From NCBI RefSeq assembly GCF_902713615.1, contig NC_052152.1, forward strand, positions 182,650,712-182,714,711: a stretch of 64,000 bases of DNA. Direction: 5' to 3'. The notes beneath the pieces are model-generated. The model was given only the letters and a program-made list of their open reading frames with translations, made no database searches and was not told the origin of the DNA. This DNA is from Scyliorhinus canicula (Eukaryota). The first letter of the stretch is position 1. Each line of letters starts with the position of its first letter. Of this stretch, positions 38,100 to 51,023 are shown piece after piece. A program made the translations under genes and the position numbers.

Positions 38100-39125
38100 T
38101 GTGGGACCAGTCCCCCAAGTTTTTGCTACAAACAGGTTAGGGACCAGTAACGTTTTATTTAAAGAAGACAAAGTTTGAAATCTCAGGTATTTAATAAGAG
38201 AGAGAATAAAGCCAAAATATTACACTGTTTCAAACAATCTAAAAGAAGCTTTACCTCACAAAAGTAAAACAATTTACAATATCTATCTTATATTCTCATT
38301 CAGAATTAAGAAGAGGCACACGTGAATTAACAGTTAAACTGTGGTTGAAGACACTACCCTGCACAATAAATGGCACACGCAACCAAAATAGATCTCACAG
38401 ATTTCTCACCAACCCACCCAGGCATCAATGTTCACTGTGAGTCAACCAATCTTGGAAAAATCCCTGATGGAGGGATTTCCAGTCTTCACCTTCGGAAATC
38501 TCGCCTCTGAATTCCCTTCAAAAGGTCACTCTGACTCAGAATGCCTCAACACTGCTCACCTCAGGGTTTCAAACTCATCTCCCAAGACCATGAGTCCCTG
38601 GATTCCCAAGTCTGCACTCCAGCACCAATCCACAGGTGCAAATTTAGCTCTTCACCCATACTGAGCAGAGCACCACTGCTCCATAGGGTTATCCTTACCT
38701 CCAATGGCCCAATCAGCTCTCCAGGGCTTCCCTCAAGGTCTCAATACATGGAGCCCATTAACCACAACACTTGTACTGCTTTCGGACTCTTTCCTCTCTC
38801 CAATTGTTCCTTCCAAGAGTTTCATCACACTGGCTCCTTCCCCAGTTCCCACTCTCCGACTCCACTTTACCTCCCTGCCCCAGAACTCTTCTATGTTATG
38901 ACATTCCACTCTGGATCCTGTGATCAGGTTTACATGCCTGACATTACCCCCAAAGGGAACCCTGGACACCCTCAGTACCGGCCCCTGACCTAAAGGTCTC
39001 ACAATTCTGAACTGCACATGTGTGGCCTGTCCCAAGTCACACATGCTCAGGAACTCCCAGGGCATGTTGGGACATGTCGTTCTCAACCTCCATCAAAATT
39101 TAGGTGAACTCCTGCTTCTTCACAA
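38100..39125 (-). mobile_element. possible old LTR remnant
   Basis: Begins TGTGGGACCAGTCCC with a repeated GGGACCAGT and a nearby TTTATT, followed by a CT-rich body. No convincing TSD or second end. Confidence 0.3.
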
Positions 39126-39445
39126 TGGTGAGCTGTGCTCAGGTGAAGTGAGGGCACCTGCTAGAACATGAAGCCCCAAAGTAGCAGCACAGTTATCAAA
39201 GCTGACATGATAATCTGTCTATTCTATATACTTATGTAAGACGTTAAGTTCACGCGTGTTAAATTCTCCACCAATGACACTGCCAACATGCTTCCTTATA
39301 GAAGTGTGCACATCCACTGCATTTTATTACTATTAAACCCAAAGGGGACTCCTCACACCCAAAAAGATACTACTTAGCCCAATTGTTCCCGACTATGTTT
39401 CAAACTTCATGTAAAAGTTCTTTATTCTTTAGAAATATTTACATC

Positions 39446-39680
39446 AGGGCAGCACGGTGGCGCAATGGTTAGCACTGTGGCCTCACGGCGCCGGTGTCCC
39501 TGGTTTGATCCCAGCTCTGGGTCACTGTCCATGTGGAGTTTGCACATTCTCCCCGTGTTTGCGTGGGTTTTGCCCCCACAACCCAAAGATGTGCAAGCGA
39601 GGTGGATTGGCCACGCTAAATTGCCCCTTAATTGGAAAAAATTAATTGGGTACTCTAAATTTTAAAATAAATAAATAAAT
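39446..39680 (+). mobile_element. short HE1-derived SINE, type B, (AAAT)n tail
   Basis: 13-bp TSD AAATATTTACATC at 39433-39445 and 39681-39693. Confidence 0.9.
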
Positions 39681-40020
39681 AAATATTTACATCCATTTAA
39701 TCTCACTTTAAAAAGTACTAATTTGATTCATCAGATGCTTCTTTTTTTAGATTCTCTAGATTGACAAATCCAACTAGCTTGAGACTGTGAAACAGAAAAT
39801 GGTAAAAATTCTCAAAAGGTCAGGCACCATCCAGGGGGAATGAAGGTAGGTTTTTAGGTCAACATCCTTTCTGATTCAGGATTCCGAGTGTGTCTGGCAT
39901 TTTCAGATTTACAGCAATTGCAATATTTAACCTGCTTTAATGTCAGCTTGAGACTTTGGTCTTCAGCAAAGTTCACACCATTGCGTTCTGAAGTCAAGTC
40001 AGGCCCCTACTCCAAAGTTA

Positions 40021-40205
40021 GGGGCTGGTTTAGCACACTGGGCTAAATAGCTGGCTTTTAAAGCAGACCTAGGCAGGCCAGCAGCACGGTTCAATTCCTG
40101 TACCAGCCTCCCCAAACAGGTGCCGGAATGTGGCGACTAGGGGCTTTTCACAGTCACTTCATTTGAAGCCTACTTGTGACAATAAGCGATTTTCATTCAT
40201 TTCAT
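40021..40205 (+). mobile_element. short tRNA-SINE, type D
   Basis: Complete head and tail ending (TTCA/TTTCA)n. Confidence 0.88.
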
Positions 40206-40209
40206 TACT

Positions 40210-40760
40210 TCACAGAATTGTTAGGGGAGAAGGAGGCTATTTTACCCATTGTGTCAGCACCCCACCCCAAGTGCCATTCCCCTGCCTTCTCCCCAAGATT
40301 TTTCAATCGCTTTTGCTTCTTTTTACCAATTATATCAAATCAGTGCCCTCTGGCCTCGATCATTCTGCCAATGGGACCAGCTCTCCCCAGCTAGCCTGTC
40401 CAGGCTCTGCACGATTTTGAATGGGTTTACCTCGAGTACTTCTATTTTGAATTTTAAAGCATCAGGAATAGGCCATCTGCATTCATAAATATAATTCACC
40501 GTTCAATTAAATTGTGGCTGATCTGTACTACAGATCCATTCATCAGGGTTGTATCCCTTAACAGAATAAAAATATTTTGCTTCCATCTTGGAAGTTTCAA
40601 TTGAACCAACATTCACAGCTTTTCAGGCATTGCAATTCCTGATTTTTTGATCTTCCCTATCCCCACCATATTGAAAAATGCTTCCTGATTTCACTCCTCA
40701 ATACCTCTGATCTAATTTTAAGATTGTGCCTCCTTGTTCTCGGTTCCCCCTCCTCTTCCA
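40210..40760 (-). mobile_element. CR1 3'-end remnants (degenerate)
   Basis: AGAAGGAGGC.ATT..CCCAT, TGCCCTCTGG.CCTCGA and AAATGCTTCCTGATTTCACTCCT..TAATTTTAAGATTGTGCC antisense motifs. Confidence 0.5.
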
Positions 40761-40891
40761 CCATGTCTCGGGTCATTTAAAAAAAAATAATTCCCTGACA
40801 TGGGCATCACTGACAAAATTGACATTTGTAACCCACAACTTGCCTGAGTAGAACATGTATGAGTCAACCACCCGTTGATGTGAGACTACTG

Positions 40892-41605
40892 GGGCGGAAT
40901 TCTCCGCTCCCGGGAAAAATCAGGAGGGCCGTCCTGAACTCGGCCGAGTTTCACAACGGCCTCGGAGGCCGCTCCTCGCCCCCATTATCCCCTCCCGGCG
41001 GGGTTAGGAGCGGCGTTCCGTAACTCTAGGTCGCTGGGCGGTGCGCCGAAAGTGACGCGACAGCGGTGCCTATGTGATGTCAGCCGCGCACGCGCAGGTT
41101 GGCCAGCTCCAACCCGCGCATGCACGGCTGACATCACGGCGGCTGAAGGCTCGAACCCGCGCATGCGCAGTGGCTGTCTTTCCCCTCAGCCACCCCGCAA
41201 TATGTGGCGGCTTGATGTTGCAGGCCGGCAGAGGGGAAATAGTGCGTCCGATTGAGATGCCGGCCCGACGATCGGTGGGCACCGATCGCGGGCCTGTCCC
41301 CTCCCGAGCACAGTCGTGGTGCTCATTCCCCACCAGGCCCCCTACAAGCCCCAAAACGGGCATCTCGCGGCGATTTCACGACGGCAGCGACCAGGTGTGG
41401 TTGCCGCCGTCGTGAAACGGTCGAGAACGGCAGGCTGCTCGGCCCATCCGGGTCGGAGAATCGCCGGTCGCCGTGAAAAACGGCGAGCGCCGATTCTTCC
41501 GAGCGGGGGGTGGGAGAATCGCGGGGGCGCCAGGGGGTCGTGAAATTAGTCGGGGGGCCCTCCTGCGATTCTCCCACCCAGCGTGGGGAGCGGAGAATAG
41601 CGCTC
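40892..41605. mobile_element. CpG-rich PIF/Harbinger MITE
   Basis: The left end GGGCGGAATTCTCCGCTCCCG is identical to the first 21 nt of the 50790 element. Right end GGGAGCGGAGAATAGCGCTC. TSD not clean. Confidence 0.85.
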
Positions 41606-41806
41606 TCGGGCTCTATATTTGTGTTTTCTGCTGCTATCATCAGTTATCATAGTTGTGGGTCTTTTATGGTCTGGATTTATAAATAAGCAAGGCTTTTTGT
41701 TAACCACCTAATATGCAGTACGGCCTTAGCACGAGGCTCTACATAGAACTATTTCTCAGCATACTCTGCTGTCATGTGATCTTACATCACTGATGCCGTA
41801 GACTAT

Positions 41807-42165
41807 GGGCGGGATTCTGTGATCCTGAGGCTAAGTGTTGACGCCATCGGAAACGCAGTCGCGTTTCTCGACAGCGTCAACATGGCCTCAGGGTCAGCAA
41901 TTCTGGCCCCTACAGGGGGCCAGCATGGCATTGGAGCGGTTCACGTCGCTCCAGCTGCTGATCCTGGCGTGAACTGAGCACCGCAGGGTCCGCGCATGCG
42001 CAGTGGCACCGCCACCAACGCTCGCATGTGCACTGGCTTCCTTCAATGCACGGGCCCCGACGCAACATGGCGCAGGACTACAGGGACCGGCGTGGAAGGA
42101 AGGAGGCCGCCAGCCAGAGAGGAGGCTGCCAAGCCACATTGAAATCTCCTGCCGCCCCACAGGGT
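41807..42165. mobile_element. truncated Harbinger MITE
   Basis: GGGCGGGATTCT start and internal CGCGCATGCGC. The right end is missing. Confidence 0.55.
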
Positions 42166-43521
42166 GTCTCTGCTTTGAAATCCTTTTTATCATTGAAATA
42201 CCTTAATTAGATCATTCTTCAAACTTCAAAACAGAATGGAAAGCAAACCAAGAAACTCTCGTCACTATTTAACCCATTAATCCTCAATATAATTTTGCTG
42301 AATTGTGTTGTACCTATCGAGGCCAATACATCCTTCCAGAAAGCTGCGATACCCAAAACTGGACACAATACCCCAGGTGGGATCTTGTCAAGGAACCACA
42401 TCACATTCATGCCAAGGTTCAGTTTCAATGCACCCTTACTGAATTTGGGTAAATTACTCAAAGCTACTCTGTGAAACTGGACACTTCCTGCCCATTTCCA
42501 TAATAACGCTTTACACAATGACAACCCCAATAGAATGAATCACCAGAGGAGATTTATATTCAATTGAATGATCAACATCTAACCTTTTCACCAATGACTG
42601 TATTTAGAAGTGTCTTAACTAAATTGTTCAGTTTAACTACTTAAGAATGAAGCCAAACTGACTGTTTCAACTGTATAAAAAGGCAGTCATTTTGACCAAC
42701 TGCTACAGGCACTAAGTCAAGGTGTGGCCTGAAGCTTCATTTCTGGTTTAGTTCCTATTTAGTGTGCATCTGCACCACCGCCTTCCACTGGCCCAGGACC
42801 CCGGGAGAAGCCTGAGGAGATCCCGGTGGCAGGATCAAGGCAGCCCCTGAGTTCATTGGTGGGCACCTGTCGCCCACCGCACAGTGTGGTGGAGGATTCG
42901 GGCCCAGAGGGGGACTATCTGAAGGCTGTTAGCTGCCCAGTGTTGGGAAACGGAGGGTACACATGATGCTCTCTGCAGTGGGGTGCAGGACTCACACGTG
43001 CCTGACACTGTGTCACCCTTCACCCCCTCTGGGGGACTCCCGGATTCTGCCACATTATAATTTAAGGTTCTTTTGTTTTTCTGCCTCCGTGGATAGTTAA
43101 GGCAGTGCCCTATTGGGCCCTTCCCCCACCAACACCCCGACTCCCTTCCTCCCCACCACCCTCCTTTCCCCTCTCTCCCCACCACCCCCTTTCCTTTCCC
43201 TTCTGTTGGTACAGAGGTGAGGGAATCTGGTCTCTCCAGTGCAAAGTTTAGTGCTTGTACCATTTGTTTTTTGTAGATATGTGTTGTGAACTGTTTCAAT
43301 AATCAGAGTATCCTACCCCCATCCCCGTACATTGGTACTGAGGGGAGGGTACCCTGTTTCTCCAACACAAAATTAGTGTTTGTGCCATTTGCTTTGCATA
43401 TATTTTTTACTGTTTTAATAAAAAAGATATGGAGCACCATCTCAGTAAAGAAGTTGAAATGTATTAATTTCCACCCTGAGGATTGTTAAGGAGCTAAATA
43501 ATCATTAAATAGTCTGAAAAA

Positions 43522-43699
43522 ATGAAAAAAAAAAGAAAATCGCTTATTGTCACGAGTAGTAATGAAGTTACTGTGAAAAGTCCCTAGTCACCACATTCTG
43601 GCGCCTGTCCAGGGAGGCTGGTACGGGAATCAAACCGCCGCTGGCCTGCTTGGTCTGCTTTAAAAGCCAGCGATTTAGCCCAGTGAGCTAAACCAGTCC
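43522..43699 (-). mobile_element. short tRNA-SINE, type D
   Basis: Reverse complement of the 40021 element. Confidence 0.85.
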
Positions 43700-44319
43700 T
43701 GTCTGTTTGCACTCAGTAAAGGTACTGCACAAAATTTTTGTGGATATCACTTCAGGTGAACAATCTCTGCTTACGATGGCCAGCTCAACAGGAGTAAACA
43801 AGCCCTTGTTGAGTATATTGATTTAAAGGCATGTTCCACTCACGATGTTTACTTGCCAGTTGTGCGACTGACTGCACTGCATTTGAAGAGGACTTTGGAG
43901 GTGCATTGAAAGGCTTTCTGGGACACATTTTCAGCAACATTCTATTCATAATTTTCTCAAAGATCCTCAGTATTTCACCTAGAAAGAGTGCAAACTGTGC
44001 TACTGTAGATACCCTACAGGATTCACCAAGAGAAAGAAAATGGTTGCTCATGGGAAACTTGCTAGGACTTACTGTGGGAGGGGGAGATGCAACTAGGAAG
44101 AGAAACATTAGTTGCAAAGAAGAGGGACAGGAGGCCTACAAGGGCTTTGAGCAGGAAGCTGTACCCATCCAGCATACTCAAGACTACTCTACTCGTTCAA
44201 TCACATGACCCAAGGGCAGTGCATGATGGGGTTACACAAGTAGGTCATTACAGAGATCTGTGAGAGTAGATTCAGATTATACTGAACAGCAAGGACTGCA
44301 TTTCCTGGAGTGGTCAAGA

Positions 44320-44610
44320 TCCCGGTTGCATTATACTTGATGCACTGGAACCTTCCAGGCTACAGGTCAGAGGTCATGAACCTCTGTGTACAACCATACC
44401 AGTGATGTGGCTGCAGCCAAGAATGATGACACGTTATTCCCAAGTTTTAGGGATGATTGAAGACAGAGCACACCTGGATTCCACAGGACTGCAAGATTCC
44501 CCCCTATGTGCCCAAGTGGCCATACAGACCCACATTAAACTCAGGAGAGTTCAGGAACAGCAAAGGATTCCAATCCACCAATGTCCTCCATGCAGATTAC
44601 TTTCAGGAGC
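44320..44610 (+). pseudogene. ancient Harbinger (HARBI1-like) transposase relic
   Basis: Fragments CTGTFQATG, FHRTARFP and NSGEFRNSKGFQSTNV correspond to HARBI1-type ASGSFQ, FYxIAGFP and YxNRKGFHSINVQ motifs. Confidence 0.5.
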
Positions 44611-44644
44611 TAACACGGTCGGGTAGCAGGGTAGCACGGCAACA

Positions 44645-44952
44645 GGGTAGCACAAGTGGATAGCACTGTGGCTTCACAGCGCCAGGGTCCCAGGTTCAAT
44701 TCCTCACTGGGTCACTGTCTGTGTGGAGTCTGCACATTCTCCCCGTCTGCATGGTTTCCTCCGGGTGCTCCGGTTTCCTCCCGCAGTCCAAAGACGTGCT
44801 GGTTCGGTGGATTGGCCATGCTAAATTGCCCTTTAGTGAATAAAAAGTTTAGATGGGGTTATTGGGTTATGGCAATAGGGTGGAAGTGAGGGCGGTGCAG
44901 ACTCGATGGGCTGAATGGCCTCCTTCTGCACTGTATGTTCTATATTCTATCT
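44645..44952 (+). mobile_element. HE1-type V-SINE, type A
   Basis: tRNA head, V core, tail GCAGACTCGATGGGCTGAATGGCCTCCTTCTGCACTGTATGTTCTAT. Confidence 0.88.
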
Positions 44953-47900
44953 TTACACAGTGCATTTACAACAAAATACTCTTACATCCCACTGATATTT
45001 GAGCCCCACAGCAATGTGCATGACTGGGCAACAAGGTATTCTCTCTGATGTCATGGCTCATGTCTCCCCAGAGAAAATCCAAGATACGAGCTGAGCATTC
45101 ATACAATGGGAGCCTGTCAGCAGGAGTATCATTTGAGCAGGCCATTTGAGTGTGAGATGTCTTAGCCAGTAAGGAGATGTCTTGAGTGCCCAATGAAGGA
45201 AGTGTTCACATTCAAGGTGTCTTGCTGCCTGCTCCACAATCTGGCAGCAGTATCACAGGTTCAAACTCAGACCACAAGACGGGGAAGAAGAAGAAAAAGT
45301 CATTGGGAGCATCAGCCCTTGAGCCAGTCCTGTGATCTCCCAGGGTGATCCCCTCCCATGTGCACATTAGCTTCCTTCCTCCCCTTAGGGATGGAGGGTC
45401 CGCCAGCGTCACATCAAGAAATATGGTGCCCTCCCTCTTGGTCCCTGAAGCATCCTTCACCTCCCAGACATTGCACACCACACTTTCAGTGGAAGTGGGT
45501 GACTGCAGGGAGTGTGTACTGCTCAAAAGAAAATCTGAATCAGTGCTCCAGTGTTAAACATGCGGTTGATTATTCCAATACCCGTTTACATCATGACACT
45601 CAATTAGACCAAGAATTGTGTGCCAAATGCAAATTCAAACAGGCATCTCTTGTTAGCACACCTATTCAATGCTTCACATCACCTATTCAATGCTTGTTTA
45701 CACCCTTTGACCAAAATATCCCCCATAACTCGTTATATGGAAGAACCCTTCAGGGCTCAACTCATGTGCAATATCGAAAATCAAACTAAGGAAAAGGAAA
45801 ATATACAGAAGAAATCATTTTAAAACAGACATAGCACAGTTGGTTTTCTTCCAGAGAGTTCTGCCCAATAAATCAGACACTTTAGACACATACTATTGAC
45901 AAGTATACAGTTATGAAGAGAAATATGGTTTGTTTTTTGACAGATACCTTGATGTATTTTGAAATGATGAAGACAGAAAAGATTTGTGGGACAAAAATAA
46001 TCTGCAACATGATGTAGAAAGCACTTTGTAAAGTTTGAGCTTTTAGTTATGTGGAGTTTATGAAATGACTTTACTTCCTGTAGCCAGAATAATCATTTTA
46101 GTTTCACACAGTAGTTCAGCAAATTAAGCACAAAATGGCAAGGTATAATACCCCCATCCATGCCAACGTATGCCAATCCATGCCCTCCACCCACCCCCTC
46201 TGCTAACACATGTCTCTCTGCCCACTTTAATAATTCCTCGAGTCCTTTACCAATTCTCTGACTTTTGATAGCTTGACAATTCCAATGAGGTTGTCCATAA
46301 ACAAAATGCATAATCCTGTTCTCTTTTAACAATCCAAGGGGGTTGCCTTACCTGTCCCAAAGGTAAGCCAGGAACCTATCTAAAAGAGGTACCTTACCTC
46401 TCCAAAGGGGTACCCTGGCCATCCAATAATTCCACCAATTTCAGGCATACTCTAACTCTGTTCCAACATACATACTCTGGATTCCACACTTCTGTCCGAC
46501 CAAAATCTTATTTTATTAGAGGCAGCTTGTAATTTAAATGATTAGACGCCTCAGTGGATCTCAACGCATGAGTCCCAGCCAAACACAGTTCTGCCCCCAC
46601 AAAGATGGGGAATACAAGGTGCGGTGGCAGGCGGGTCCAAATCTGACCTTAGATTAAGAGTACGGGGTGGGGTGGGGGGGGAGAGAGGGGGTACTGCATC
46701 TTTACGTCAGTACAACAATAAGGGTTAAATGTAACCTTGGATGATGTGGTTAGCCACCTGCTTTACTTAGGATCTTCATTATACATCCTGTTAACCGCTT
46801 CTCTCAAGGTCGAATCTGGCTGGGTCGGGACTGGAACATCTGCAGAGCAGCCAAAGGTCTGTTACCTTTGGGAAAGAATTTCTACTGCCACCAAGGACCG
46901 GATAGGAAAATCCAAAGCTTTATATGTTCACACAGAAAGTTAATATCAGGTAGTTTGGAAGAATTTGTTCGGGAAACAATAATTAGTTTTCTCAGTTCAG
47001 ACCTCAAACTGAAGAGTTGACGCTAGAAAAAGACCCTTCACAGGACCTTTGTCACTATAATTGAAAATTTGCGGGAATGTGTGTGTGAAATCCTTGTAGG
47101 ATAACAGATATTTCCTATTTTCTATTAAAAAAGGAAATTGACCTCATATATGAAATTCAAGAAAACAGTTCACGCTAATCAAGTGATGGGCACCCTAGAC
47201 TAGTGAGTGGGCCTCAACAGTGGTCCTCCTACATCTCAATTGGGCCGCAAGATTGAAATCAGGCAAATCTACCCATGACCCCATCCGCAAGTACATTTAA
47301 TACATGCTAAATATTTAATAATGCCTAATCCTTTATATATTAATAGAATCCATGGGCTTCAGACGGCAAAAACAAAATGTACAAAGTACTTTAACAGGCA
47401 TAACCTCCTGTGTTCACCAGTGCCGTAACCAAGAATTTGTAGAATTGAACCATCACCGCATTTTGATTGTGCAGAGGGTGCACACGGCTCTCAGTCAGTG
47501 TGTGCAAGCAGCACATGTTTTATTTCACACATCCTTGCTTCACTTGGGTATCAGATTAGTAATACCGGCAAAGAAAATACTACATGGATGGAAACCAGTG
47601 GAGTCTGGCAGCCCTGTGCGTGGACAATGGTCAACAAAATGTCTAGCTGGCCCCGTTCCGAATCCAAGTGGGTTGCAGATTCCCCACCACTGGTCCAATC
47701 AGCACCAAAATAGATGTTTGAAAAATAACAACTTAAAATCACTACGCGCCCAGAAATGCTGTGAATTATTGGACTGATGAGTAGCCTACTTTGTCATGAA
47801 ACATGTGTAAATGTTGTTTTAATGCCACCAAATAAAATTTAATTTCACAAAATAAATAAAACGAACGGCGAGTCTACAGTTGTACAGCATTATTATGCAG

Positions 47901-48081
47901 CTGAATGACCCATACGGCGAGTTGTTTATCTTAGGTTGTCCACAACCTATTTAAAATGAAATTATGCCATGTCGTCCACAAAACCATAGAGTTTATCAAA
48001 ACAGGAATCGCTAAAATTCAAGGGTAAAACTGAAAGCAGAAGAAGTAGGAGTAAAGAAAATTAAAATGAGGAGGGCAAAAA

Positions 48082-48267
48082 TTGAAAATGACAAAAATGA
48101 AAATCGCTTATTGTCACAAGTAGGCTTCAATGAAGTTACTGTGAAAATCCCCTAGTCGTCACATTCCGGCGCCAGTCTGGGGAGGCTGGTACGGGAATCG
48201 AACCGTGCTGCTGGCCTGCTTGGTCTGCTTTAAAAGCCAGCAATTTAGCCCAGTGAGCTAAACCAGT
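48082..48267 (-). mobile_element. short tRNA-SINE, type D
   Basis: Reverse complement of the type D consensus with a (TGAAA)n end. Confidence 0.85.
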
Positions 48268-48439
48268 AAATTGGTAAGAATATGTCAAATGGAATGTAAT
48301 GCCTCCAAACATTCTGTTCTGAGGGCGATCATCACTGTCAGAATGCTTGATTTCTAAAGGTCTATGCCAATACATCTGCATTTATCAAGCAAACAGCTGA
48401 ACAAATTAGAGTGCTTTCACGTATGATCTGTATTTAGGG

Positions 48440-48618
48440 GCTACTACCATGTGCACTCTGTGCTAAACCACTGGCTTGTAATGCAGAACACAGCCAGCAG
48501 CTCAGGTTCAATTCCTGTACCAGCCTCCCCAAACAGGCACCGGAATGTGGCGACTAAGAGGTTTTCACAGTAACCTCATTGAAGCCTACTTGTGATAATG
48601 AGTGATTATTATTATTAT
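48440..48618 (+). mobile_element. short tRNA-SINE, type D variant, (ATT)n tail
   Basis: GGTTCAATTCCTGTACCAGCCTCCCC..GGAATGTGGCGACTA..GCCTACTTGTGATAAT..(ATT)n. Confidence 0.75.
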
Positions 48619-51023
48619 TCTTGAAGGGGCAATGGTAATAGTTCAGTTACGCGATGTTCCTTCTAACTTCTGTGTTATATGTGGAAAATTAAATGCTTTC
48701 TACACTTTTTCACTCAAAGGTTCAATGATACTCACTCTGAAGGTAACTGTGTAACCTTAAAAGGGTGCTGGCAGGTCCTGGCATGGCAAGCAGTATCGTG
48801 CGGTGGAAGGTCTTCACAAGAGGGCAGAAATTTCTGTGACCATCTGCCTGTAGAGTCACAGGCTCCTGTGGCACTGACTCTCAAAAATGTCCAAATAGTT
48901 AGAATTTTGGCAGTAGATCATATGCTGAAGCTAAGGCCTCCATGCCCTTCCTGCCCCTAATTCCTCTCCTCTGCCCTCCTGATGCCCAGGACTCTGCCCT
49001 GCCAGAGAAGGATGTTGGTCCTTATCGCCACTAAATCTGGGAATCACGTCGCCATTACCAGTTCTTACCTTCTGTATGCTTAGGTGGTCTTGTGCCTAAA
49101 AGCGTTGCCTTTGCCCATGCCGTCTCGATCTGGGAGGGCAAGACCCCTGCCATCTCCCAGCAAACACCTAATGGCACCTGTATTCCAATGGCAGACGTCC
49201 AATGTGCTATTCTCCTTTGTATGCTCCTAACTAATTCCCTGTGGTGCTCATCGTGACTTCTTCACTTTTGTTGCTGCTTCCATGCAGCTAGTCTTCTGCA
49301 GACACAGAATGCAATCTGTGCCCCTTCATCAAAAAACTTGCCATGTTGCTGTCAATGAGCTCTTTAACAATCTTAATTATACGTAGTGACCCACTGGATG
49401 ACTTCATGGGCTGCACTTGAAACTATATGACTCCTCCACAATCAAACAGCCTGTGCTTCACAAAATAGCTGCCAACTAACGCCTCTTCCACAAAATACCC
49501 AATTCTTCATTACCTCCAGTAAGATGAACAATATCGAAAGGTCACCTGACCAGTACTACTCAACATTTGTTCCCCGGGCTCCTTAAATGCCTACTCTTTC
49601 CTGCGTTGGATTATTTACAAGAGATACAAGAATCATTCGTGAATGACAGCTTTATATGCCGAGAAAAGAGACAACAAGGTTAATAAATAAGAAATCTGCA
49701 GTGCTGCACCAATGAGGTAATGGTCAGCTTTTTAATAAAAATGTCACTTGAGCAATTTATGATTCTCTGATGCTACAGGCAAATGCAAAATGTGAGAGAC
49801 AGAGATAAATAGGTTATGTGTTCTTCCAAGGCAAAAGTTGAGTGTGCTGATGAACAGTGCATGCCTTCTTTTAAAATATAAAACTTAACTGGCCATCAGG
49901 GTGTATGTCCCTTGGCCAACAAGTCATCAAATGCTTTTATAATCAACTCCTTTAGATGCAAATTAATCTTATTTACTTCAGGATGATTTATTTGGCCTCC
50001 AGAGAGTCATTGAGATAACCTGTTGTAATTTGCATATGTTAAGCATGAAGCTGTACAAAATTCTAGGCAGTTTAATTACCAGTATAATACAGTAACCCAT
50101 CCTTCAATCTACCTTGGGATTGTCAGTATTGGCCCAGCGTTATCAAGCAATTAGAGGTAAAAGCTTAACATGATACTGGCATTTTGAGATACACCATTTT
50201 ACTCAATGAGGCAAGAAGAGTTCAAGCTAACAGAAATAGGGCAGTTTGCTGGGATTAATAAGGAAGCCCTCAGTATCTGTTCTGGAGAGTAGCACTCAAT
50301 GCTAAAAAGACGTAATTAACCAAAATTGCTATCTAATAATTTCAATACCGTCAAAAATATCTTTCAACAATTTTACACAGGCACCTATTTCAAACATTTA
50401 AGTACTTGCAAAGGAAAAACTTGCCTTCAGAAATATCACAGAAGGAATCTAAAACGAGAGTCTGGGGTTCATTGAAGTTTTACACAAAGATTGGCTTGGT
50501 TGCTCCAATAGGCAGTGCAATTGTGTTATGATTGATGAGCTGTTGGACCGTGGTACAGAAGCAGTAAATTCAATTATGCAACATTTCCACTTCAATATCT
50601 CAAAAATGAAGCAGATTGACATCCAAATCTTTGCAGGGGGTTTCCATTTTGAGTGATCACACTGATTTCAACAAAAGGTACTTTTGAATTCACCTTTTCA
50701 GAACTATAAATACAATGAAAATCAGTTCCAATAGATATGTAACTAATAATATATCTTGAAATTGCACTTTAATTATAGCAAAACATCTGGGGCGGAATTC
50801 TCCGCTCCCGCGGAAAATTGCGAAGGCCGTCAGGAAATCGGCCGTCCTTCACGACGGCCCGATACGGCCCCGCTCACGAGCTATTCACGGCAAGGAAATG
50901 GGCTAGGAGCGGGGCAGCGGAAATCACGTGAAAAATGACGGCATAAGCCTGCGACGCCCCGATGACGCCGCTCCGCGTCGTAAAAAGGCGCGAGCGGCCA
51001 GAACAACAGAAGAAGAGGAGAGG

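Noticed and set aside
40021-40110. tRNA-like sequences with A and B boxes
   Set aside because: These are SINE heads fused to repeat bodies and tails and do not form a complete cloverleaf, so they are not called tRNA genes.
43785-44208. 110-aa and 125-aa ORFs with acceptor-like motifs
   Set aside because: No recognisable protein. They lie beside a decayed Harbinger transposase and are probably its flanking sequence.
47352-47790. 141-aa ORF plus CCAAT boxes and an ACTAC..CCCAG (ZNF143-like) motif
   Set aside because: The translation is not recognisable, the motif spacing is off by one and there is no CpG island. Neither a gene nor a promoter can be supported without data.
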